Assembly: GCA_964016885.1 (NCBI GenBank)
Contig: OZ024741.1
Coordinates: 347,944,001 to 348,008,000, forward strand
Reading direction: 5' to 3'
DNA: 64,000 nt
From: Eledone cirrhosa
Lineage: Eukaryota
This document shows, piece after piece, positions 42,173 to 55,500 of the stretch. The notes below the pieces were generated by a model. It made no database searches, had not been told where the DNA came from, and was given only the letters and a program-made list of their open reading frames with translations. Both the position numbers and the translations under genes were made by a program. Numbering within the stretch: position 1 is the stretch's first letter; each line of letters opens with the position of its first letter.

Positions 42173-43024
42173 GGTGTCGGATGCTTAAAGCGTCCGTATG
42201 CGGTAGACCGTTTGAGCAGTCGATGCTCTTACGGAGAAGAGTATAATATCACATAAGAAACGGAGAATCAGTGGTGCGACGAATTAAAATTGATTAGACA
42301 TACTAGCAGAAAAACCACCCTTCGTGTGGTTTTCTGCTAGCATGTGTAGTGTGTATATTGATATTATACGCAGGTATATATATATATGTAGATATGATAC
42401 ATCAAATAAAATCATAATTGACAATATAAACAGAAATTGAACGAAGACGTTGTTACACTATCTTATGTAATCACTAACATAATCCATGATACATAAAAAA
42501 AACGATATTATATATAAACTGCATTAGGAGAATATTAGTGACAGAAAATTAGTATGTTTATTTATGTGATCGCTACCGGAAGTGTTGAAATCACACACTC
42601 TCGCTTTCTATATATATGGTAGTTGAAGTGGTGGTGGTTGCAACAATATACCAGAGGTGCAACTTTGAAAAGAAGTCAATTTTAAATTATTTATTTTTAC
42701 GAAATTATTTTTGTTTACGGAATTTAGTAGATAAATTATGTAATATTCATTCATTATTTATTCAAAATAATCCAACTTATTTTACTAACAGGATAAAAAA
42801 AAATAAACCGTACGCAGTCCCGCGGACCTTCCTTTATTATAGTTTAGATTACAATCATTTCTCTGGCGACCAGCTCGAGGCACGACCTATGCCATGATCG
42901 AATCTGACTCTGAAATCGCAAGATCCTCAGATACGTCTTGATCATTTGAAGCGGAGTTTCCAAATGTCCATTTAATCCCGCGACCTCCGCTTACCCGCTT
43001 GTATCCTGTTGTCGCAATACACTT

Positions 43025-44430
43025 TCAAATAATAAAGGTCTCTAACACCTTCAACTTCGCATTTTCATCTTTATTATAATACTCCGTCACCTTTGTCATT
43101 GGGAATATGGCGTTGAGTGCTAGAAGTGCATCCTTGTTTACCGAACATAATTAGCTCCCACGTTGAGCGCTTCTTGATACAATCCAATCCGATGAAGTAA
43201 GGCACAATACACCACGGAGTACACTGACCCGAAAGATTTATTATGGAACAACTTTCGATCGGATTAATGAGAGCAAAAAAAAGCAACTACTATCTCTTAT
43301 TCTCCATACAACACCCTGGAAGGCGGATCTCCTGCCGAGTTCCACCCCACCTCTTATGGCCACGGACAGCCTGCGAGGTTCACCCAGCTGCACGGACCAA
43401 AATACTCGAAGCACTGTGAATAAAACTGAATCTCTATAACTCACCCCCACTCAGACATTTATCACGGATTTTTCCTCTACGTTTCTTTCATTCTCTCTAT
43501 AGGTCTTTTTACCTTATATTCATATTTATCCCCCCCCCCCACACACACACTTTATTTCACTCTATATATAATCCCCTTTTTCTCCCGTTCTTCCTTACTT
43601 GTACATTTTTCCTTAAACCATAAATGTATATTTGTGTCTCGACCGGATTGACCGGGGTACCAGCTGTAGGATTCCTTAATTTTTAATTTTTACATTTGTT
43701 TAATTTTTTACATTCGTTTATTTTTAATTTTAACACTTGTTAAATTAGATACTTTAAATTTTAAATATCATCCACGACAACTGGCCAGATATTTTCTTAT
43801 CCTTAGCAAATTGACTGTTACCTAGTTGTTTAGACACATACATTTTTAACCATTAACGTCTGAAACTTAGAAATTTTTTCGGGCTGGGAAACTTTAAATA
43901 TTTTTTATAAGTTATATTAACCAGAGCAGAAGGGAACTTTCTCGCTTCGGGGTGATTATCCCGCCATAAACAGATGGCTGGTACAAATGCACCCAAATCC
44001 TACCAGTTGCCAAAGCTAGCAATACATCTAACCATATCGAGTTGTCGACCGAAGAGGTAAGAGATTGGTAGATAGAGCGAACAAAAAAGGTTGGTAGTAT
44101 TCTGGGTGTAGTAGAAGGGGCCAGCCACCCACACACCCCTACGACATGCGCAGAGCTGTCTGGATGGTCTAAAAGCAGATGGGGGTGGACAGCCAAAGCA
44201 CGTGTTTTTAGTCCGCTCCCTTCCAAATAACATTGCCTCAGAACTTATCTTTTAATCAATTTTTGCTGTCTGAAGAGATCACGATATTTATCGTCATTGA
44301 AATATATATAACGGCTCAAATAATAAAGGAGTCTAACACCTTCAACTTCGCATTTTCATATTTATGAATATACTCCGGCACCCCCGTCACTAGGAATATG
44401 GCGTTGAGTGCTAGAAGTGAATTCCATCCT
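43025..44430 (+). mobile_element. Decayed PLE 3' end bounded by ~105-bp direct repeats, with a hammerhead at 44265-44315
   Basis: Direct repeat tcaaataataaagg..tctaacaccttcaacttcgc..gagtgctagaagtg at 43025 and 44316. GIY-YIG tail-like RTKILEAL*IKLN near 43395. HHR gctgt-CTGAAGA-gatcacgata(tt)tatcgtcatt-GAAA-tatata-TA/acggc. Confidence 0.7.
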
Positions 44431-44571
44431 TGTATACCGAATATATATATATATATGATTCCAGTTCCTCAGAGAAATAACAACACTACCAGGAGCTGGA
44501 CATATCGATGGATTGATGGTGTAAAACACACTTCAACAACATGTGTCGCTGTCTTGACCACTCCAATTCGG

Positions 44572-44626
44572 ACTGCCTGAAGAGGTCACAGCTAATGATG
44601 GCTGTCACCGAAATATATATAGCAGT
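44572..44626 (+). ncRNA. Hammerhead ribozyme (third copy of the 42-kb family)
   Basis: actgc-CTGAAGA-ggtcacagcta(atga)tggctgtcacc-GAAA-tatata-TA/gcagt. Confidence 0.85.
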
Positions 44627-44799
44627 ATATCTATAATTTTAATAAACGAAGCCAAATTTTACATATTTGACTTAATTATTTTACATTACTCCGGAGTAAA
44701 CAAACCAACCTGCGTACTTCGTCGAGTGCTCCAATCTGTATACTGAGGTGTCGGTAAACAACCAACATATACTCAATATATATATATACATATATAAAA

Positions 44800-45072
44800 G
44801 AAAATTTCGCTCTACATCGCTGAATACAATAAATGTAATCTGAGTTTTTCGAATATTAATAATAACATTCGATTTGTTTGCGATTATGTAAACAAGCCTC
44901 AATTTTAAAGCCATATCAGTAGAATGAACACTTCATTCTTGCTCTAAAATTGGCTTTAAAATGGCTTTAAAATTGAGGCTTGTTTACATAATCGCAAACG
45001 AATCGAATGTTATTAATAATATTCGAAACACTCAGATTACATTTACTGTATTCTGCCATGTAGAGCGAAATT
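44800..45072. repeat. Fold-back cassette with ~110-bp arms; further copy at ~45390-45480
   Basis: aaatttcgctctacat...tttaaagcca mirrored by tggctttaaa...atgtagagcgaaattt. Confidence 0.85.
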
Positions 45073-45476
45073 TATTTTTTATTTGAATTTAGCAAAGCCG
45101 GCCATTTATCGCTCGTATACAGGAAACTGACTGGCCAGTCTGGTGATATGTAAATCTGGCTGATTAGTAGATCTGCTAATATGCAGATCTGACTGATCAA
45201 CCAGTCTGCTAATATGCAAATCAGGCCGATCAGTCACTGTGTACTTTTGAAAATAGCATATATTTTCACTAGCTCTGACAGTTTGGCAGGTGAACAGTGA
45301 GCTGTACTGATTGATGAAGGGTGATACCCAGAGACATTAGTGTCTGCAGTTCTGTTCGCATGCCAATATAAGGGCAAGAAAGAAGTGTGCATTCTACTGC
45401 CATGGTTTTAACATTGAGGCGTGTTTGCTTAATTACAAACGAATCGAATGTTATCATTAATATTCGAAAAACTCAG

Positions 45477-45511
<35 letters not shown>

Positions 45512-45631
45512 CGAAGGAAGTGTGGTAAGGAACCAGGTGGATCATAACGCACCACAGTACTCGAGTCCAGAAATAGCCGTCGAAACGGCTTGAGCTCTGC
45601 CGTAGGGGTCCTGACTCTTTTCCTATAATAC

Positions 45632-45693
<62 letters not shown>

Positions 45694-47085
45694 CCATGTG
45701 CAAATATATACAAAGACAAACGTATATATTATATATAGATATATTAATTAATGTATTCCCTCACATCTGTTTAACCATGCACTTTCAGACAAGTTTGTCC
45801 TCTTGTATTGCCATACATATGTTTACGCGCACGTAGGTGTGTTTAGACAGTGTCTCAACATGTATATTCAGGTTTTTTGTAGTCTATTATGAAATTCAAA
45901 TACATTTAATATAATGCTGACTTTTACATTTTACAAAATGCCAGATGACGTTAGTATATATTTCAATACAGAGTTTATCAGAAAAATGCAAACATAATCT
46001 AATTTTTATTACGAATATTGCGTCTTTTTTATAGTGTTGTATGTGATAGAATTAGATATTATGTACATAAAAGAACTTGAAAGGAAACACTCTTTTTTCA
46101 TGTACATATGTCTATTATATATCTCAAAATATGTGTTAAACCTAGTTTGTAAGGATAGGTTGCACGAAGAAATTTATTAAATTTATTTTCCTAGATAAAT
46201 AATCGGTAACAGAATAAACTTTTTGCTATGAATTGTGTTCTTCCTCCATTGAATAATGATTGCAACTCTTCATTACAATAAAATAAAGTTTGACGCAATG
46301 TGTTGTTTTGCATTTTGCGCTGTTAAACTTCAGTATTTTTTGACAAATCTGGATTTCATAGCACATACGTATATGTCGCAGTATCATAAGCAATAAAGGA
46401 AACTATTCTGTTAAAGATATTTTGAGTAAATGAAGCATTATGATCACATTGTTGTTTATATTTGCAATTTAAATGAACTAGTCGAGATTCAATAAAATGC
46501 TAAAACTATTTTAATGCATACATGGAAAGTGTAATTAAATTAAAAAAAATATAATAAAGGCTAATATATAGATACATTGTAGGATATTGTTGTAAGTTAA
46601 AAGTTGTTTTACAGATCTCAAATCAGCAGTTGCCTAATAGCATTTATAGGGATTTTCAAAGGGATTTTCGGTATTCTAGATAATATACTAATTTCAAAAA
46701 AGTATTTACTCTCATGCATGTAATATTCAAAATGTTTGCATAGTTTGTGAAGATATTGCGCGGTTGTTAATGTTTTTATTATCAGACAAATAAACATGGG
46801 ATGAAACACATTCTAGTGCTCAGTATATCAAATATTACATATTTTTATGTAAAGAGAGTATGAGGTGTAAATTGAAAGAGATTTTGTTGTCTATTTAAGT
46901 ACATGTAGTTTATATTTGATGTTCCATTGGTGTTTATATTCTGGTAAATAATTAATAGATATTCCAATGAAGGAAAATATTAACGATGATTACACAAATT
47001 AGAAATATGAGGAATTATATGTTTTAAATATGTTAACGTTAACTGTATTCATTGTTTCTTATGGGGCATATTTCTATGAATTATT

Positions 47086-47272
47086 GGATTGGCAGTATCG
47101 GTAGAGGGTCGGACGCCATTCTTTTACGCATAGAGTTACGGCCCTTGCCATTCTGAGTTCAAATCCCGCCGGGGTTAACTTTGCTTTTCATCTTTACGGG
47201 GTCGATAAAATAAAGTACCAGTAATTCACTGGGAGAATTGCTGGCCTTGTTCCAAAAAGTAGAAACAATTAT
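47086..47272 (+). mobile_element. tRNA-derived SINE, family A
   Basis: ggattggcagtatcggtagagggtcggacgcc..gagttcaaatccc..gtcgataaaataaagtaccag..gaaacaattatt. Confidence 0.9.
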
Positions 47273-47684
47273 TACGTTTCTAGAATATTCTGAATTCACG
47301 TAATAATTTCACCAGAATGTAAATATTGCTCATGATCAGGTTAGGACTTGGAGGTCAGAGCACATCAGGTTAGGGGGGCGGGTCATACACAAAAGATTAT
47401 AACACGTAATCAAACGCCACCGATTTTACATTTCATAGCTTGGCGCAAGTAATTCGAATTGAAAAGTTATACATACAGGTATATTCAAAGCTTCTAACCA
47501 TACTAAAACTTAAAAAAAAACCACCTGATGTCTCAGGTAACTTACTACAACCATCGCTGATGACCCTACACACAAACACTGCCACAGAAGCGGAGTAATT
47601 GCGCTTTTCCCCCCATTAAATCCGGCCCTGCTGATAATATCACAATATGAGCAAACCCTCTTTATAAGCGGCAATAAAGCCTGA

Positions 47685-47714
<30 letters not shown>

Positions 47715-47715
<1 letters not shown>

Positions 47716-48119
47716 CTTATACTTGGGGAGGGTCATATTGTTGTAATAATATTGCCAGAATTAATAAAAGAACACACTCACTGTTTGGTTGGTTTTCGCT
47801 TCTGTATATGTATATATAGTAATAATAATAAATTTGAAGACTAAAATCCAACGGGATCTTCTGAAGAGTGAAAGCTTAAGGGTGAAAGCAGCAATTCTTT
47901 GCTTAAACTTTAATCTGTTATTTTAATAAACATTTGCTCGACGGTTCTTATATATTTAATATATATTTCTCCTTATCGAGCCCTCTTTGGATTTTACTCT
48001 TCAAAGTTACTATTATTACTATATATACATATACAGAAGCGAAAACCAACCAAACAGTGAGTGTGTTCCTTTATTAATTCTGGCAATATTATTACAACAA
48101 TATGACCCTCCCCAAGTAA

Positions 48120-48207
<88 letters not shown>

Positions 48208-48431
48208 AAAAAGAGATGAAATCGAAAATGCAACTGGAGTCTTATTTTTTTTTTAAATATATATATTTATTTGATTCCTTTACCGGTTTCGCAGTTCTTC
48301 TGCTTTTCAAAAGGAGAGTTGAGATAAATTTAAAATAACAGATTAAAGTTTAAGCAAAGAATCGCTGCTTTCTCGCTTAACCGGATCTTCTGAAGATCCC
48401 GTTAGGGGTGAAACTTTAATCTGTTATTTTA

Positions 48432-48440
<9 letters not shown>
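47715..48440. repeat. Mosaic of fold-back PLE terminal-repeat fragments in TA tracts, including an intact U3-A8 hammerhead at 48277-48314 (minus)
   Basis: 47720-47850 mirrors 47988-48118. Segments are shared with 37460-37600 and 40400-40530. Minus-strand motif cctt-TTGAAAA-gcag(aagaa)ctgc-GAAA-ccgg-TA/aagg. Confidence 0.8.
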
Positions 48441-48522
<82 letters not shown>

Positions 48523-48789
48523 GCGGCGATGAATTAGTTTAGCGAGGTTTTTTATATGAAATCGTGTGTCGAAACAAATATTGTTATACTTGGGGAGGGT
48601 CATATTTGTGTAATATTGCCAGAATTAATAACAGAACACACTCACTGTTTGGTTGGTTTTCGCTTCTCGCTGTCTTTTATATCTGCGATCTAACTTAATC
48701 GGTCCTCAATGTTGCCATTGACTGACCGACGGTCAAAAATAATACAGATACAATATAGACACAAACACATATATATAGTTTACATAATT

Positions 48790-49448
48790 TACATAAATCT
48801 TTCGTTGCACATCTGCAACATCGTCAGTGGTGTTATATTTTTTCCTCCTGTTGTGTTGTATGTCTACGCCATTTTTTAATCAGTCTGTCTATATATTTAT
48901 TTATTTATTTGCTTGTTTGTTTATTTTATTTTGTCTTCTTTGCGCATGCGTTTGCGTGTGTGTACAGTCTTGTGTGTGCTGTGTGACTAGTGTGTATAGT
49001 GTTGTGTCTGCTGGGTGACTAGTGTGTGTTTATGTGCTTGTTGTTATTGTGCTTGTGTATGTATTTATTTATCTTATTTTATTTTATTTTATTTATTTAC
49101 TTATTTATACTTCTCTTAGGTCAGTGTTGTTTGTTTGGGTGTTGTTGTTGTTCCACTCATTCTTTCTGTTTAGCTTTGGTCTTCTAATTTCTATTTCACT
49201 GGCCTCTCTGATTTGCCTATCTCCTGGGTCATTCCTATGTTTAGATATTATTCTAATTTCTATGTTGTCTATGTTACCGTCATGTTGTTGTCTAGCATGT
49301 TCGTATAGTACTGACCCGTTTTTTCGTCCTTTTAGTTCCCCCCAGTGTTGGTCTATCCTTTCACCTATGCTACGAGCTGTCTCACATATGTATGTTGTTG
49401 TCATGTTTCTGCAAGTACCCTCTGTACATCTTATGCTATAGACTACTA
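48790..49448 (-). mobile_element. PLE 3' fragment (GIY-YIG C-terminus plus terminal repeat with hammerhead at 48792-48830)
   Basis: IVVYSIRCTEGTC..TYICETARSIGERIDQH..SVLYEHARQQH..RQIREASEIEIRRPKLNRKNEW. Downstream motif ca-CTGACGA-t-gttgca(gatg)tgcaac-GAAA-gatt-TA/tg. Confidence 0.88.
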
Positions 49449-50569
49449 TTGGCCTTGATAAGCTTCAACCAAAGCGAAACAAGTCTTGTCGGCTTATCTC
49501 CCCTGTTTGCTGAGATCAAAGTGAGTGAATTTGTCATTACTTTAAAATAATAGCTTACGGTCTTCAAAATGCTTTTAATTATGCATAAAGTATATTGCAA
49601 AATACATTATATATACATCCATATATATATTGCTATTTCAGAGCTCCAATTCTAATTTTTAATATCTGCCTGACCAACAACCGCTCTGCATAATCAGCTC
49701 CTGATTATTTACTTGATTTCTATAAGAATATAAAAATCAATGATCTCAGTAGACAGGAGGGGTAGTTGGCCTTGATAAGCTTCAACCAAAGCGAAACAAG
49801 TCTTGTCGGCTTATCTCCCCTGTTTGCTGAGATCAAAGTGAGTGAATTTGTCACTACTTTAAAGCAATAGCTTACGGTCTTCAAAATGCTTTTAATTAAG
49901 CATAAAGTTTATTGCAAAATACATTATATATACATCCATATATATATTGCTATTTCAGAGCTCCAATTCTAATTTTTAATTTCTTCCTGACCAACAACCG
50001 CTCTGCATAATCAGCTCCTGATTGTTTACTAGATTTCTATAAGAATATAACATCAATGATCTCAGTAGACAGGTGGGGTAGTTGGTTTTGATAAGCTTCA
50101 ACCAAAGCGAAACAAGTCTTGTCGGCTTATCTCCCCTGTTTGCCGAGATCAAAGTGAGTGAATTTGTCACTACTTTAAAACAATAGCTTACGGTCTTCAA
50201 AATGCTTTTAATTAAGCATAAAGTGTATTGCAAAATACATTATATATACATCCATATATATATTGCTATTTCAGAGCTCCAATTCTAATTTTTAATTTCT
50301 GCCTGACCAACAACCGCTCTGCATAATCAGCTCCTGATTATTTACTAGATTTTTATAAGAATATAACATCAATGATCTCAGTAGACAGGTGGGGTAGTTG
50401 GCCTTGATAAGCTTCAACCAAAGCGAAACAAGTCTTGTCGGCTTATCACCCCTGTTTGCTGAGATCAAAGTGAGTGAATTTGTCACTACATTAAAACAAT
50501 AGCTTACGGTCTTCAAAATGCTTTTAATTAAGCATGAAGTGTATTGCAAAATACTTTATATATCCATCC

Positions 50570-50572
<3 letters not shown>
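49449..50572 (+). mobile_element. Candidate non-LTR retrozyme: ~3.5 tandem 316-nt units, each with a type I hammerhead (U3-A8 core)
   Basis: ggcc-TTGATAA-gctt(caacca)aagc-GAAA-caa(gtc)ttg-TC/ggct at 49451, 49768, 50084 and 50400. Predicted cleavage after 49490, 49807, 50123 and 50439 (spacing 317/316/316). Confidence 0.85.
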
Positions 50573-50612
<40 letters not shown>

Positions 50613-50618
50613 TATATG

Positions 50619-50706
<88 letters not shown>

Positions 50707-50707
50707 T

Positions 50708-50916
<209 letters not shown>

Positions 50917-50917
50917 T

Positions 50918-50955
<38 letters not shown>

Positions 50956-50957
<2 letters not shown>

Positions 50958-52397
50958 TTCATTTCATTTATTGATTTATTGATAATTTATCTGAGTGTCC
51001 CGAATCTTCCATATCGAACTTATCGGTTATTTGGTTGAATGCAGACATATTCAACGTGTGACGGTATCTAACGATAGTTATAGCTCTAATTTATTTGAAT
51101 TATAGAGCCCTCTGCCGCTCATCTCGAATTTTGTTTATCGTGAACTCGTGCGCCGATTTTTCGATACTCGATTATTCTACTATATTTAGCTCTAGACTTA
51201 GCTATTGACCAGTTAATTTTATTGTTCATTTTTTGTCGATTCTATTAAATGATGAATAGCCCCTGTTTATTTTAACATGTCTATTGAGCACTCTTATTCG
51301 ATATGTGTTTTTTGCCACACTTTTCCGAATATTTTTGCGGATATAAAGGTTATCTCCCTTGCTGAAATCCATGTGCGTATTTTTAGCCTGGGTCTTGCCT
51401 TTCTATCCATTCGGACGAAGCTCGTTGATAAAGTAACTCCAGTCCCCCGACATCTGTAAGTCTTATATTTTTATATGAGCTGATAGATGACGGTTTAAGG
51501 ATTTACAGAAACCCAAGAAGCTAGATATTACATCTCTCTAGTGGGTCCGGGTATGCATTTTACATTCATTTCATTTATTGATTTATTGATAATTTATCTG
51601 AGTGTCCCGAATCTTCCATATCGAACTTATCGGTTATTTGGTTGATTGTAGACATATTCTACGTGTGACGGTATCTAACGATAGTTATAGCTCTAATTTA
51701 TTTGAATTATAGAGCCCTCTGCCGCTCATCTCGAATTTTGTTTATCGTGAACTCGTGCGCCGATTTTTCGATACTCAATTATTCTACTATATTTAGCTCT
51801 AGACTTAGCTATTGACCAGTTAATTGTATTGTTCATTTTTTGTCGATTCTATTAAATGATGAATAGCCCCTGTTTATTTTAACATGTCTATTGCGCACTC
51901 TTATTCGATATGTGTTTTTTGCCACACTTTTCCGAATATTTTTGCGGATATAAAGGTTATCTCCCTTGCTGAAATCCATGTGCGTATTTTTAGCCTGGGT
52001 CTTGCCTTTCTATCCATTCGGACGAAGCTCGTTGATAAAGTAACTCCAGTCCCCCGACATCTGTAAGTCTTATATTTTTATATGAGCTGATAGATGACGG
52101 TTTAAGGATTTACAGAAACCCAAGAAGCTATATATTCCATCTCTCTAGTGGGTCCGGGTATGCATTTTACATTCATTTCATTTATTGATTTATTGATAAT
52201 TTATCTGAGTGTCCCGAATCTTCCATATCGAACTTATCGGTTATTTGGTTGATTGTAGACATATTCTACGTGTGACGGTATCTAACGATAGTTATAGCTC
52301 TAATTTATTTGAATTATAGAGCCCTCTGTCGCTCATCTCGAATTTTGTTTATCGTGAACTCGTGCGCCGATTTTTCGATACTCGATTATTCTACTAT
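50956..52397. repeat. Tandem repeat, 607-bp unit, ~2.4 copies, flanked by (TA)n on both sides
   Basis: Unit starts cattcatttcattt at 50956, 51563 and 52170. Units are near-identical and encode no credible protein. Confidence 0.95.
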
Positions 52398-52559
52398 ATA
52401 TATATATATACATATATATGCATACATATATTACAAATATAACAGCAACAACGTAAGAGGGAACTGCAACCCTAACTAATGTTGTAACCACAAATCCAAT
52501 CAAAAACTGCTCCCTGAACAAAAAAATCTTTCTTTTTTAGTCATGTACCTGGCAAAAGA

Positions 52560-55500
52560 GATAGCGAAAAACATCTTAGCCATCACCCAACACCATGCTT
52601 GCTGTCACTAACATATAATTACAAAACAATCCCCCTGCAGCAGTCAAAACCACATTCTTAATCAATACACAAGTTATCATCCCATCCTTCAATGCACAGA
52701 AATGGAAGATCCAATTCATTGAGGATTTGGTTGGTAACCATCCATTTCACATTCTCTTCGTCATTCTTACTGAGACCCACCTTGACAACTCCCACTTGGA
52801 GGCCGAAGTAAGAGTGAGAAATTTCACAACCATCCGTGCGGATCGTGTTGGCAGAAGGAAGGGTGGAACTGTCATTTTCCTGCATGATTCCTTTACGGCA
52901 GATGGCAACACAACATTCTCTAATGGATACTGCGAATCAGTCACTGTGCATGATAAAGCCAATGACCTGATATTATTTGGGCTCTATAGGCCACCACAAA
53001 CACCCATAATCTGATTCAAAGTATGCCTCAACAGTATTAAATGCTTTATTAAACAGTGGCATTCTAGCAGCATACTTTTGAAGGGAGACTTTAATCTACC
53101 CTGTAGTTGCATCAGAAGAACATTCTGGATATAGTGTTTAGTAACTACACTACCACTGTACATAATATTACAGTGGAAAAAACCCTTCTCTCAGTCCATG
53201 ACATGGTTCTTTGTAACCTGAGATTCCACCAGCCGAAAGCTAATCCCAGGGTTCTCTCTCCAGCCCACCCATTTGATAACATGGATCTCTACAATGCCAT
53301 CTGGGATGCAATTATGAACGAACTATCACATGTCGACTGGTCTTTTACACACGTACACACTTCCTCTAGCATCAAAACATGTTCACAGATCTTTGTAGAC
53401 ACTGTCACAAATATATATAGAAAACACGCCCCACCAAAACCTGTGAACAAAACCAAGTGCAGTATCCCCCAAAACAGAAAAACAATTATCAGAAAAATAA
53501 AAAGAACAAACAAAAAAATTAACACACTAAAATACTGCCAACAGCAACACACACTTCAATGGCTATCACCCTGCTTGAGTAAAAAAACATATAACCCCCA
53601 GCAATGGATGGTGACCATCATCAATAACCAGAGAATAGCTGAAGAGAGGTGGGCCATTGAGAAAATCAAATTCAACCCCAAAGTGTTCTTTTCATTTTCT
53701 AAAAAACACAAGGTCATCGTCTCCACTGTTGGCCCCTAGTTGATGATAATGGCGCACTCCGGGACAATGCCAAAACCATGGGCGAGATACTGCAGAAACA
53801 ATACTGTTCTGTTTTCAGCAATCCTGATATGGCCGATCTGGTCCGCATCAGTGATGTTAACCCCAACACACTATATGAGACCTATCGTTTGGCGCCCCTG
53901 ATATCTTAGCGGCAATAAACGAATTAAACACAATTCAGCAGTAGGCCCCGACATGTTACCTGCTTGTGTCCTGAAGGTGTGTCGACATCAACTTGCAACT
54001 CCTCTTGCTAATCTGTGGAGGAACTCACTGGACACTGGCTATATTCCTGAAAACTTTCTGTCCCAGTCCGTTGTCCCAGTCTTCAAAAAGGGAAATAAGT
54101 CCCTTGCAGTGAACTACCGTCCAATCTCACTCACCTCTCATATTATCAATGTATTTGAGAGGGTGGTGAGATCACGAATAACCCACTTTCTTGAAAGCAA
54201 CGGCCTGCTGAACTACAACCAACATGGCTTCCGTAATGGAAGGGACTGCCTAACGCAGCTCCTGCATCACTGTGACGATGATTTGAGAGCCTTGGGAGAA
54301 GGCTCCAACACTGCTGTCATCTACCTTGATTCAGCAAGGCCTTCGACAGGGTTGATCATACGATTCTACTGAAAAACCTATCCAGTGTTGATGTCTCTGG
54401 AAGGTTACTACAGTGAATCAAATGTTTCCTGACAGGCAGAACCAAGTATGTTGTAGTCGAAGGAGTAAAATCAAGCCCTGCCAAAGTCAGCAGTAGCGTC
54501 CCACAAGGCACTGTGTTGGGCCCACTTCTTTTCATCATCTACATTAATGACATTACTGACATCATCAAACACAGCAATATCAGAATCTTCGCAGATGATT
54601 CCAAGCTCCAAAGGGTAATCAATGAGGTGGGTGACCAGACTTGCCTTCAGTCAGATCTACTGGCTGTTATCCAATGGGCAGAAATGAATAATATGCTGTT
54701 GAATGAGGATAAATTTGAACTATCCACTTTGGAAAAATGGATGCCCTGAAACTACCATACTCTCTTTCTTCGGGTGAAACTCTATTGGCATCCAATAACA
54801 TCAGATACCTGGGTGTAATTGTGGACAACAATATAAGCTGGGCCACTCATATAAACAGCAAAGTTGATATGACCGGCAGAATATGTTCCTGGATTCTCAG
54901 AACTTTCCAGTCGAGAGATATCCACACTGTTATCCTTCGCTTCTCCACATTTGCCCGACCCCACCGTGAATACTGTTGTCCACTGTGGTCACTCAACACG
55001 AAACTATGTACCATGAAAGTTGAAGCACCCCAAAGGTCAATTACAAAAAAAAGATAGATAACATGACAGGCCTTGACTATTGGAGTCGATTAGAAAAGAT
55101 CAAACTTTATACTCTTCAACGTCGCCTTGAGCACTACATTATCTCTATGATGTGGAAAACATTCCATCAGCTTAGTCCAAATGATGTTGGCATCACCTTT
55201 AGTGTACACCCAAGGCTTGGTCCTCGTGCTACCCGCCCACGCCAAAAATCTCACTCGCATCACATAACAACAATACGGCAGAATTATTTCACATCAATTG
55301 GCCCTGCACTCTTTAACATTATACCAAAACACATCAAGTTCAAGAAGTCTTTGGATAAATTCCTTCATGAAATCCTGGATAGGCCTCCTACACCCGGATA
55401 TGCCTCCATAAACAATAACTCTCTGCTCGAGTAGGCCATTTTGCCCAAACACTGATTTGTAAGACTTCGCCAGGTGGTACTATTAAGTTAGACATCGCCA

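Noticed and set aside
51245-51370. C/D-box snoRNA or SECIS reading of ATGATGA..CTGA in the 607-bp unit
   Set aside because: No terminal stem or recognisable antisense element, and no apical AA for a SECIS.
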